64,000 bases of DNA, taken from NCBI GenBank assembly GCA_016840405.1, contig JAEOSK010000001.1:94820-158819 (forward strand), in the 5' to 3' direction. The stretch is from Candidatus Hermodarchaeum yapensis (lineage in GTDB: Archaea; Asgardarchaeota; Hermodarchaeia; Hermodarchaeales; Hermodarchaeaceae). A model generated the notes under the pieces. The model ran no database searches, was not told where the DNA came from, and was given only the letters and a program-made list of their open reading frames with translations. Positions 29,635 to 38,574 of this stretch are shown piece after piece (positions within the stretch are counted from its first letter, which is position 1; each line of letters begins with the position of its first letter). Both the position numbers and the translations under genes were made by a program.

Positions 29635-30402
29635 CTGGAATTTGACCTCCACATCCATTCGAAATATTCCTTTGACTCGTTAACAGAGCCCAAGACAATT
29701 TTGAAAATGGCTAGGAAACGGAGGCTAGATATCATTGGAGTGACGGACCATGGAACGATCCGAGGAGGGTTAGAAACCCAAAAAATGAGTAGAAAGCTTG
29801 CTAGTGATGTTGTTGTGGTAGTGGGAGCTGAAATTCATACGAATGCCGGTGACCTTGTTGGTCTGTTCCTCAATGAAGAAATTCAAGGTCACAACATCGA
29901 AGTGGTAATAGATGAAATCCGCACACAAGATGGGCTCGTATTTTTACCGCATCCTTTCAAAGGTCATGATATTGCACAAATACAAAGTGTTCTTGATCGA
30001 ATTGATTTAGTGGAATTCTTGAACGCTCGTGCACCATTGACTCCAGACGAATCGCAAATTGTTGCTTCTTGGAATATTCCGTTCGTGAGTAGTAGTGATG
30101 CCCACTTAGCCCGTGAAATAGGACTTTGTCGGACCGAAATTCAGTCACTCCAAGTAAAAGATGATCTTGAGACAGTTAAGAAATCCCTCACAAATCTAAG
30201 TAAACAAATTTTGAAAGGCTCCTTTTCTCCTCCTTACTTTGAAACCATGTCCCAACTCATTAAATCAATTAAAACGAAACGATATCAACGCATACCTCTT
30301 TTTGCGTTGATCCACCTCAGAGAAATCCTAAAATCCGTACAGAAGCGTCGTTTCCAGCTCCCAGATTATTCAAATCCCACGTATTATCTCCAGATGAAAT
30401 GA
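29635..30402 (+). CDS. PHP-domain metal-dependent phosphoesterase; probable CTG start
   Basis: DLHIHSKYSFD lies upstream of the ORF-track start; VTDH, GAEI, PHPF, SSDAH; GAGGTGA RBS 6 nt before an in-frame CTG. Confidence 0.85.
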   Translation: MEFDLHIHSKYSFDSLTEPKTILKMARKRRLDIIGVTDHGTIRGGLETQKMSRKLASDVVVVVGAEIHTNAGDLVGLFLNEEIQGHNIEVVIDEIRTQDGLVFLPHPFKGHDIAQIQSVLDRIDLVEFLNARAPLTPDESQIVASWNIPFVSSSDAHLAREIGLCRTEIQSLQVKDDLETVKKSLTNLSKQILKGSFSPPYFETMSQLIKSIKTKRYQRIPLFALIHLREILKSVQKRRFQLPDYSNPTYYLQMK

Positions 30403-30445
30403 TGTCCTGAAAATACCTTATATTCCCTTAGTTGCACCTTTACAA

Positions 30446-31576
30446 TTGGTGACGGTCTTGACAGCTTCCGACGAAATCATAAGCATCCTCAAAGAGGAAG
30501 GAATCAACTTCTTCACAACATATCCCTGTGCAAAATTCCAAAACCTCTACAACTTAGTTCATTCACAATTCATGAGTCTAGGCGTTACAAAAGAGGAAGA
30601 TGGCGTTGGAATCTGTGCTGGAGCAAGCCTTGCTGGTGCCAAAGCAGCAATGCTGATTCAAAGCACAGGTCTTGGAAATATGATCAATGCCCTTTGCTCA
30701 CTCACACTTACCTACGAATTACCTCTACTAGTTCTTGCAAGTTGGCGTGGTGTCTATAAAGAAAACATTTCAGCACAAATCAAGTTGGGAAAAAGTCTAC
30801 CCAAAATCCTCGAAGCGATTGGGGCCCAATATTGCATTGTAACTTCAAACAAAGATTTACCGAAACTACAACAAGCTGCAAAAGACGCCTATCGCCTCAA
30901 TTCACTCCAAATAGTTCTACTCAGTCCTGAATTATTTGAAAACGAGCCATTGGCAGAATCTGGACCGAATATCTCCCATATCATGGTGCCGACAGAAGAG
31001 AAGGCATTCCCTGGAGCTGAAGCAACACTTACCCGCTACGAAATCCTTCAAGCACTGGAAACATATTTTGAAAACAAACTCGTCATCTCAAATATTGGGT
31101 TTCCATCACGAGAATTACATGATATCAAACCTCAACGCACTAATTTCTATATGCTTGGAAGCCTTGGACTCGTCTCATCCGTCGGCCTTGGGATTGCCCT
31201 TTTTTCAAAACATGAAGTTGTTGTAATAGATGGAGATGGAAGTCTATTGGCTAATCTTGGGATCCTCGCTTCTATTGCTCAAGCTGAACCACCAAATCTT
31301 ACAATCCTTGCCATCGACAACGGTGCTCATGGTTCAACTGGAAACCAAGCCACACCAACTGCAACCTGTGTCGATTTAGCTCAAGTTACAAGAGGTCTTG
31401 GGTTCACCAATGTTTTCCGAGCCACTAATCCAAAAGAGATCACTGATACATTATCCAAGCTAGAAGAAGGACCTAATTTTGTTCACGTGATTGCAGAAGC
31501 CGGTAACGCAGATGTACCCATTATCCCTCTTTCACCAATAGAAATCAAAAAGCAATTCATGCGAGCAATCCAGTAG
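30446..31576 (+). CDS. comDE: Fused sulfopyruvate decarboxylase alpha/beta (ThDP-dependent)
   Basis: YPCA, KEEDGVGICAG, QSTGLGNMINAL (ComD half); NFYMLGSLG, IDGDGSLL, DNGAHGSTG (ComE half). Confidence 0.82.
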   Translation: MVTVLTASDEIISILKEEGINFFTTYPCAKFQNLYNLVHSQFMSLGVTKEEDGVGICAGASLAGAKAAMLIQSTGLGNMINALCSLTLTYELPLLVLASWRGVYKENISAQIKLGKSLPKILEAIGAQYCIVTSNKDLPKLQQAAKDAYRLNSLQIVLLSPELFENEPLAESGPNISHIMVPTEEKAFPGAEATLTRYEILQALETYFENKLVISNIGFPSRELHDIKPQRTNFYMLGSLGLVSSVGLGIALFSKHEVVVIDGDGSLLANLGILASIAQAEPPNLTILAIDNGAHGSTGNQATPTATCVDLAQVTRGLGFTNVFRATNPKEITDTLSKLEEGPNFVHVIAEAGNADVPIIPLSPIEIKKQFMRAIQ

Positions 31577-31690
31577 AGGGTTCTTGTCGTACTTGAGTCC
31601 AATCGATTTATAACATCCGAGATGATATGATGCTCCGCGACGAAACTGGACTCTGAATACTTTCAGCTCGAAGGATTGGAGCATTGTTCC

Positions 31691-32809
31691 ATGAAAATAC
31701 TCCATTTATCAGATGTTGGGCTCCCTGATACACGGGTTGAGCGTGCAGCGCTCCATGCCACTAAAAAAGGCTGGGAAGTGGTGTTTGCCGGTGGAAGACC
31801 TGTAGAAGATCAACTTTTCAACGTGTTCCAAAAAATCCATTACCGTCCATGGCGCCCCTCCGAAAAAACAGGATTTCCTACTACTTTGCGGAAACTGAAA
31901 CAATGGCTAAAACGCCTTGTTAGCGAAGAGGAACCTGATCTAATTCATGCTCATGACCTATTTGCCGGGAAAGTTGCTTACGAGGTTGGTCATCCCTTTG
32001 TTTATGATGATCACGAAATCTGGGCATCACGAATTTCCTATCAGGGTTCCCAAGCGCTAAAACAGGATCGCACTTTACCTCGTCGATTAGCAACGTGGTT
32101 TGCCTTGAAAACTTGGCGTAAATGGGAACCAAAGATAATTCGAAGTTCTCCGGTTATCACTGTAAGTCAAGAAATTGCTAATCTCTACAGTCGAATCCAA
32201 CCTCAGAGTTTTGTCGTTCCAAATCTTCCAACCCAGCAGGAAGTAGAGATGATTCCTCCCAATCAAAACAATGATGATGTTTTTCGAATTGCCATGGTTT
32301 CCAGAGACGATTGGCCTCTTAGTGAACGTCCTGATCGAGAAGCGCTTCAACTTTGGTTGGATAATCGGTTTGGAGCCTCCTTAGTATTCATTGGTCCAAA
32401 AGCAATTGAAACAGATGAGGTTGAAAATCACGGGTTTGTCAGTCATGAAGAAATGCTTCGAATTTTCAGTACGTGCGATGCTGCTTTGCTTGGACAGTGG
32501 ACAAATCTTCCGGTTTACTCCTTTCAAAACCGGTTTCCACTTTTTCTACACGCGGGTCTCAAAGCTATTGTCCCAATCAAGGATGTCAGTGAAGCGAATT
32601 TCTGTCGAGAACACAATGTGGGCTGGTCCTGGAGTTCAGCTGAAGAATTGAAAACAATCATTCAGAGGCTAGTTCGCAACTACTTTGCTGATGTAAATCG
32701 TTGGAATTCTGAAAAACCAAAAGTTCGTGAAGTGGCTAAACACTATCTTTTATGGTCACATTATGCCAATCAATTGGAAAAAGCCTATGAAGCGGCTTTA
32801 TCGAACTAG
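31691..32809 (+). CDS. Glycosyltransferase, GT4-like
   Basis: PDTRVER, PDLIHAHD, VYDDHE, VITVS, VVPN, GFVSHEE. Confidence 0.8.
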   Translation: MKILHLSDVGLPDTRVERAALHATKKGWEVVFAGGRPVEDQLFNVFQKIHYRPWRPSEKTGFPTTLRKLKQWLKRLVSEEEPDLIHAHDLFAGKVAYEVGHPFVYDDHEIWASRISYQGSQALKQDRTLPRRLATWFALKTWRKWEPKIIRSSPVITVSQEIANLYSRIQPQSFVVPNLPTQQEVEMIPPNQNNDDVFRIAMVSRDDWPLSERPDREALQLWLDNRFGASLVFIGPKAIETDEVENHGFVSHEEMLRIFSTCDAALLGQWTNLPVYSFQNRFPLFLHAGLKAIVPIKDVSEANFCREHNVGWSWSSAEELKTIIQRLVRNYFADVNRWNSEKPKVREVAKHYLLWSHYANQLEKAYEAALSN

Positions 32810-32826
32810 TAAGCTGAAAAGCTTCC

Positions 32827-33957
32827 TTATTGTCCTTTTTCAAGAATATCTACTAATATCGGTATTGAAGCTAATCGTGCAATAATCCATAAATTCGAAC
32901 GTCCACCTAGAGCTCCGCCTCTTCGCCTCAACACTTGTCGAGCAAATTTCGTTAGTTTGGAGGAACGACGAACTAGGGTTTCTAATTGGATTGTTGTTCT
33001 GCTTCCCATTTTAATTGGATTATCTGGAAGATTCTCATCCAACAATCGTTGCCCTTCTTTGGCATTGGGGAATGCCCATTTTTTGTATCCCTGATTCCAC
33101 CAGGTTAGGATATTGGGTAAAAATCCACCTTTCGTTCCTGCCGTTTTTCCTAGTTCAATTGTTGATGCAGGAAGAAGAGTAGTGCTTCTAAGTTCCTTCC
33201 GAATCATGACTTTCGTTTCTTCGCCTTTTGTCTTCGATTCCCTGGGAAAAGACCTGAATTTTCCGATTACCTCTGCATCGAGGTAAGGATAATGAAGCCT
33301 AAATCGAGCGTGCTTGGTTTCTTCCGCATTAATCCAGACAAAATTGTAATTTGCTTCCTCAAACTTTTGACGTTCAATTTCTGCAAACTCATCATCAGAA
33401 GCCCACACATGAGCCGGATACCCTCCACACAGCTCATCAAGCCCCAGAGCAGAAAACACGTGATCCTCGTTATTACTAACCTGTGCAATGCGGAGCTTAT
33501 GAGTTGTAAAACCAACAGGAGCCATAGCATTATAGATCGTAGTTCTAAGCAGGCTGCAATGATGCTCAAGGGTCATGTCTTCCATAACCCAATTGCATCC
33601 TACATGATCAACCACAGTTTTCGCATATGACGTTTCGTCACTCCCTTCAAATCGGAGAGTGTATGCAGTGACATTTTCTGGTCCAAGCAACTCAGCGGTT
33701 AAAGCTGTGAGAAGACTGCTATCAATACCACCACTAAGCCACACTCCTACCTTCTTGATTTTGTGCTTCGTAATCAGCCGTTTAATAGATTCTCGAATTA
33801 TGTCAAATGGGTGCTCAGTTGTAGGAACTGGCTCTGGAACCTCATCCCACTCTAAGGTACTTTTCCGAATTTGCCCTTTAACACAAGAGTTAGGAAAGGG
33901 TAATTGTCCATCGCGTACGAAAATTGCGATGTTTTCCCAATCAGGCTGCATTGACAT
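32827..33957 (-). CDS. Asparagine synthase C-terminal (ATP pyrophosphatase) domain protein lacking a glutaminase domain
   Basis: LSGGIDSS, GLDELCGGY, YPYLD; no N-terminal Cys Ntn domain. Confidence 0.8.
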   Translation of the reverse strand: MSMQPDWENIAIFVRDGQLPFPNSCVKGQIRKSTLEWDEVPEPVPTTEHPFDIIRESIKRLITKHKIKKVGVWLSGGIDSSLLTALTAELLGPENVTAYTLRFEGSDETSYAKTVVDHVGCNWVMEDMTLEHHCSLLRTTIYNAMAPVGFTTHKLRIAQVSNNEDHVFSALGLDELCGGYPAHVWASDDEFAEIERQKFEEANYNFVWINAEETKHARFRLHYPYLDAEVIGKFRSFPRESKTKGEETKVMIRKELRSTTLLPASTIELGKTAGTKGGFLPNILTWWNQGYKKWAFPNAKEGQRLLDENLPDNPIKMGSRTTIQLETLVRRSSKLTKFARQVLRRRGGALGGRSNLWIIARLASIPILVDILEKGQ

Positions 33958-34043
33958 AAAAATCGAGCTTAGAGTGACAAGCTACTCTTCTTGAACTTTT
34001 CTATATCGTAAACCATCGCGTTCTTCCTTCTGAAAATAACTGA

Positions 34044-34958
34044 TTAGAATTCACTTATTTTTTCCGCGCTCTTTGCAGTGAATTCTGCAGTGTTGCCAAA
34101 TATATAGGCTACAGGTTCAATGCCGAAATAGCCTTTGTCAATGATGACATCAAACGAGACCTTACTGGCAAGTGCTTCAGTGATTGCTGTCAACAGAGCC
34201 TGATCTGAATCCGCTTCGGTTTCCACTCGTTCTCGAACAACTTCGATATGACGAAGCTTCAGTTGGTCGAATTTTGTTTCCATTCCTTTTGTATATTTTA
34301 TAACGATGGCTACTCGTTTTTCTGGATACTGCTGTTGTACTAGAAGGAGGATTTCTCCTAGGTGCTTCGAGGCTCCAAATTCTGGTCCGGTGAATGTGTG
34401 GGCACGGGTTTTATGAACACTAATTCGACTAGGGAAACCTGCGATGTCGTCAACGGTTACTGCATCAGGTAAGCTCATAACAAGTTGGGATTGAACTTGG
34501 GGAATTAGGTTTGGAAAGGTTGAAGACGCGCGTAAAATCTCCATACTTTTTAAGAGATTCTCTAATATGTCTGAACGAGGATCTGGGGCGACACCTCTAA
34601 TGCAGACCTCACAAGTTTCTAATTCCGGGTTTTCGATGCGGTGCAACCGACATAATAGACCTCCAATTTTCTGGCTTTGACAGAAAATACAAAGTTGTTC
34701 GATACTTTCGTCTAGTGGTTGCCTTTCCTTTGACATTTTTTCAGCAAAGTCTCTTGCTGCCTTTCTTACATCTGGAGTGTAGTATTGTTCAAATCGATCG
34801 ATTTGTTTTAGTCCTCTTGACACGCTGGCCTGTGTGACCCCAAGAGCCTTAGCAATTTGATTTTGAGTGAATCCATAATCGGTAGCTAGATGTTGACTAA
34901 TTAAGGCTCGAAGCGCAGGCAATAATTGATTAGCCATAATTTCGCAGGGTGGACGCAC
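34044..34958 (-). CDS. ThiR-like regulator: HTH fused to ThiN (thiamine-phosphate synthase) domain
   Basis: MRPPCE...LPALRA, TQNQIAKALGVTQASVS, LIPQV, AGFPSRI, PEFGASKH, GYFGIEP. Confidence 0.8.
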   Translation of the reverse strand: MRPPCEIMANQLLPALRALISQHLATDYGFTQNQIAKALGVTQASVSRGLKQIDRFEQYYTPDVRKAARDFAEKMSKERQPLDESIEQLCIFCQSQKIGGLLCRLHRIENPELETCEVCIRGVAPDPRSDILENLLKSMEILRASSTFPNLIPQVQSQLVMSLPDAVTVDDIAGFPSRISVHKTRAHTFTGPEFGASKHLGEILLLVQQQYPEKRVAIVIKYTKGMETKFDQLKLRHIEVVRERVETEADSDQALLTAITEALASKVSFDVIIDKGYFGIEPVAYIFGNTAEFTAKSAEKISEF

Positions 34959-34987
34959 AGACTAGCACCTCCTCCAATTCTGTTTAC

Positions 34988-35360
34988 AAAGAATTGTGGT
35001 GAGAAAGTCCCCGATTTCAAGCGCGGGGATGAATCATGGAGTTTTTATAGATTTCCACCGAAAAACCATTGCGGTCAGCCGCTGACGGATCGTAATCCCC
35101 AGAACACCACGCTCCAAACCGCTCTCGGGGAGACCATCAGCAACATGGCATCCAGAATCAACGGGCACCAGACCCGTTCCCAACCGCATCCAACATCGAA
35201 CCCCTCATAGGGCTTGCACCAGTGATGACGGCGACCAAAGACGCGGTGACGCGTCTGCGGGCTCAGTTGTGAGGTGGAAGTCGGTAACGGGGTGGTGGCA
35301 CCCCCCGTGGAGGACCAAAGCCTCCACGAATCTCCCGACATCGGTCGTGGAGAGTGTCAA
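34988..35360 (+). mobile_element. tnpB-less miniature IS200/IS605 element (family of the element ending at 1060) with structured RNA interior and omega-RNA scaffold
   Basis: TTAC target at 34984-34987; AAAG guide at +17..+20 followed by the left hairpin; TATA 35042-35049; right end GAAT-hairpin-TCAA homologous to 971-1060. Confidence 0.88.
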
Positions 35361-35399
35361 GTCTTCACCACAATAGGGCTGACTAAAAGAGTTTCCATC

Positions 35400-35963
35400 T
35401 CAAGTAGCTCGGAGATAACGTGTCAGAGCATCAGTAGGTTCGGGGAGGTTTTGTTGAATGGTAGTACATAAAGTTTCAAACACTAAATCGACACGCGTAT
35501 CCGTTTTGGCTGAACAACTAACAAATCCCGCAATCTCATGTGTTTTACAAAAGCTCTGAATTTCCTGACGTGACACACACGATGAAAGATCCGCTTTGTT
35601 TCCGGCTAGAATAATGGCGTGACGATGAGAAGGATGGGCATATCGTTGAAGAAGGTTGAGCCAGGAGGTTCCTTCTGCCAATGAATTAGGTCTTGTTTGA
35701 TCAAACACTAAAATTACGGCACTTGCGCCAGAACAAAATTGTGGCATGAGAAATCGGAAACGATCTTCACCGCTAAGATCCCAAATGCTCAGATTTAGTG
35801 GCCCTTCTTCCCCATATACGATTTTCTGAGCAAAATTAACGCCAATAGTAGGCGAGACATCGATGAAGTCTTTGAAGACATATTTGTGAACCAAACTAGT
35901 TTTTCCAACCTGGCTAGCACCTGCAACCAGTATTTTGACTAGCGGTGCGTGGATTCTTGCCAC
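35400..35963 (-). CDS. Rab/Ras-like small GTPase
   Basis: GASQVGKTS, PTIGVNF, WDLSGEDRF, GNKAD, CSAK; no C-terminal prenylation motif. Confidence 0.92.
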   Translation of the reverse strand: MARIHAPLVKILVAGASQVGKTSLVHKYVFKDFIDVSPTIGVNFAQKIVYGEEGPLNLSIWDLSGEDRFRFLMPQFCSGASAVILVFDQTRPNSLAEGTSWLNLLQRYAHPSHRHAIILAGNKADLSSCVSRQEIQSFCKTHEIAGFVSCSAKTDTRVDLVFETLCTTIQQNLPEPTDALTRYLRAT

Positions 35964-36168
35964 AACACTTTACCTCCTCTTTGTAGTTGCATAAACCCTT
36001 ATAGCCTCCACATCACTGGTGTGGTACTCGTAATGAAGAAACTATGACACACCTGTCTATTCTTCCGAGATTTGGAAGTTGAAGATTAACAGTAATTTTA
36101 ATCACGAGGGATGGTTACTATAACGTGAACCAACAACGAAGGGCTAGTTCATATTAATTGGTGGTTGC

Positions 36169-36867
36169 GTGAAAGCTTACATCGCAGGAAAACCGATTCT
36201 AAGCACAACGGATTGGCCATCTTCCGTTTGTTGTGTGGTGTTTTTCACAGGCTGCAACCTGCGGTGTAAATTTTGTTTTAATGGACCACTACTTGAGTTT
36301 GATGAACAATACCTAGTTGATTTAGAAAGAGTGTATAAAGAATTAGACGAGCACCGGTATCTCATTGATGGAATATTAGTAACGGGTGGCGAACCAACGT
36401 TACAACCTGATGCGCTCCACGCAATTGGCGAATGGACACATCAACATAATCTGAAATTTGGCACTATGACCAATGGGACAAAACCTGCTGTTCTCCTGCA
36501 ATTGCTTGATGCAAACCTTTTGGATTATGTAGCAGTAGACATCAAAACAATTCCCAATGAAAAGGAATACGCTCACATCACTCAAACCAAACATGAAATT
36601 CTTCCAGCAATTAACGAAACAATAGCCCTTCTCAAATCCTCAAAGATTAACTATGAATTCCGAACCACACTCGTTCCTTCGCTCATTGATAAGATCCCAC
36701 AACTAGAAAAGATTCTGAAATGGATTGGTAAGAAAAACTATGTGCTACAAAATTTCCGGCCAACAGATACAGTCCTTGACCCTAGCTTGAAGACCGCCTT
36801 TTCAGTGGAGGAACTTGATCAGTTCCGACAATTCGCGAAAAAGAAGCGCCTCATCACAAGATTCTAA
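36169..36867 (+). CDS. nrdG: Anaerobic ribonucleotide reductase activating enzyme (radical SAM)
   Basis: STTDWP, GCNLRCKFCFN, TGGEPTLQ, TNG, YEFRTT, LQNFRP; nrdD 3 kb away. Confidence 0.88.
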   Translation: MKAYIAGKPILSTTDWPSSVCCVVFFTGCNLRCKFCFNGPLLEFDEQYLVDLERVYKELDEHRYLIDGILVTGGEPTLQPDALHAIGEWTHQHNLKFGTMTNGTKPAVLLQLLDANLLDYVAVDIKTIPNEKEYAHITQTKHEILPAINETIALLKSSKINYEFRTTLVPSLIDKIPQLEKILKWIGKKNYVLQNFRPTDTVLDPSLKTAFSVEELDQFRQFAKKKRLITRF

Positions 36868-36885
36868 CTCTTCTTTTTACTGCTG

Positions 36886-37359
36886 ATGTTGGCTGTTTTT
36901 TCACTAAAAGTTAAACGAAGGATCTTTAGATATCCTATTAGGGTGAACTCTTTGGCTTCTTGGAAGGTCTCTCTAATTGAAGGTCCTGAACGAGTACTAT
37001 ATGATATCCAACAGGCTCTTGGGCAATATTATGAACTCCAGTCAGGTTGGATTCAGAAATTACAATCTCAGATTAAGAACCATCAAACCTATCAGGTCCA
37101 TCTTAACTTGATCAAATCAGTTCAAGGGCCTCAAAATGCAACACTGTTTGCCCCTTTCCTCCTCATGTTAGTCACAAAGACCCAACTTACCGTCACATTC
37201 CTTGGTGAATTAACGGAAAACGATACCGGGGTTATTATCGGAATCTGGCCAAAGAAATTCCAAAAAATCCTAGCTGATGACAAACAGGCTATCTTGAATT
37301 TACTTTATATCATTGTTGAACAGCCTCATCTGGTTCAGCAGGTTGATCTTTTCTTTTAA
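36886..37359 (+). CDS. Hypothetical protein
   Basis: Unopposed ORF between genes; start uncertain. Confidence 0.5.
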   Translation: MLAVFSLKVKRRIFRYPIRVNSLASWKVSLIEGPERVLYDIQQALGQYYELQSGWIQKLQSQIKNHQTYQVHLNLIKSVQGPQNATLFAPFLLMLVTKTQLTVTFLGELTENDTGVIIGIWPKKFQKILADDKQAILNLLYIIVEQPHLVQQVDLFF

Positions 37360-37485
37360 CAGAATTCAGCGTTTTGCTGAAATCAGACTATAGGACTTAC
37401 ACTTCCGGTTCAATTGAAAATTTGACGGGAAAAGAAACCTATTTATGAGTGGATTCAGGGGTGTTGCGCTGGAGACTTCTTACCC

Positions 37486-38136
37486 GTGCTTGCAAAGCCG
37501 CTTTCTTCAATAGACGATGAGACCTCCTACGGAACGTTCCGCATTATTAGTGTTGAACAACGGCATGAACGCAGTGGTCGTTCCGTGATGTTAGTTGACG
37601 GTGAAAGTATGGGTGAAACTCACACCAAACTCCGGAAACGTCAATTTACTTACCTCATCCAAGGATTCACTGAAGAAAAAGTGAAGGTGGGGTCTTGGAT
37701 TCTGAGTCCCCGAGACGATCTCGGTGTCATATTAGAAATTAATGAACTCAGTAAAAGAACATCGAAGAAAAAAACAATGAATCGTCTCGCACTGCGTGTG
37801 CAGTTTGAGGATTCAGGTACCATTTGGTTGAATGAAATCTGGACATTTTACAAAGAACGACCTCTTACTCGTCCGATGATAGAAAGATGGCAGAAACGCA
37901 TGAGTGAGGGTGCGACCCAATACTTCCGCCATGTTCTTCCTGGCGTCATCGATTCCTTGTTATTCAAGCCAACAGATTCGATAAATGGAGAACAGGTAAA
38001 ACAAATTCGTCAAGTTCAAGACCTCATTTTACGTCGTGCAATAAAAATCGCAATTGCTCAAGAGAAGGTGAATTTAACGAGCACTCAGCTTGTGCGGGCA
38101 ACACAAGAGATTCTCGCGCTTTTTGACGAAGGCTAG
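37486..38136 (+). CDS. Hypothetical protein, beta-rich N-terminus with possible C-terminal histone fold
   Basis: RMSEGATQYFRHVL and ILRRAIKIAIAQEKVNLTSTQLVRA resemble archaeal histone alpha2/alpha3 segments. Confidence 0.55.
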   Translation: MLAKPLSSIDDETSYGTFRIISVEQRHERSGRSVMLVDGESMGETHTKLRKRQFTYLIQGFTEEKVKVGSWILSPRDDLGVILEINELSKRTSKKKTMNRLALRVQFEDSGTIWLNEIWTFYKERPLTRPMIERWQKRMSEGATQYFRHVLPGVIDSLLFKPTDSINGEQVKQIRQVQDLILRRAIKIAIAQEKVNLTSTQLVRATQEILALFDEG

Positions 38137-38204
38137 AGCACATTACGAAAGGTTTAAGAGTTAAGTACTCACGGCATCCCACGCAATGATACTTTCGGGG
38201 GGTA

Positions 38205-38480
38205 ATGAATATACAATTCTGCCCGAAGTGCGGTAGCTTATTGCGTCCCGGGAAAACCAAGGATGGAAAACCTCAACTTAAATGTTCGTGCGGATACAAA
38301 TCTTCTGCTAAACAAACTGAGGGATACAAAGTCAAGTTCCCGATTCGACACACCGAAAGAGACTATATCGTCGTCGTCGAAGAAGATGAAGAAGAAAAGA
38401 AGAAAAAGAAGCGCGAGATCGATGAGGATGAGCGTCAGGAAATGCTCGAACTAATGCTTGACCATTTCCCTGAAGATTAA
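38205..38480 (+). CDS. TFS/RpoM-like protein with N-terminal zinc ribbon only
   Basis: FCPKCGSLLRP...LKCSCGY, then a charged tail in place of the second zinc ribbon. Confidence 0.75.
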   Translation: MNIQFCPKCGSLLRPGKTKDGKPQLKCSCGYKSSAKQTEGYKVKFPIRHTERDYIVVVEEDEEEKKKKKREIDEDERQEMLELMLDHFPED

Positions 38481-38574
38481 CAATCTGACAGTATTCCCTT
38501 ACCTTTCTTTATATCCACACTACAATTTCTATTCTGCTAGTGTGTCCGATCTAAGAATATTCAACCAGCCACAA

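Noticed and set aside
34926-35471. Short ORFs across the 35 kb miniature element
   Set aside because: They cross element boundaries and resemble neither TnpA nor TnpB; the region is better explained as structured RNA.
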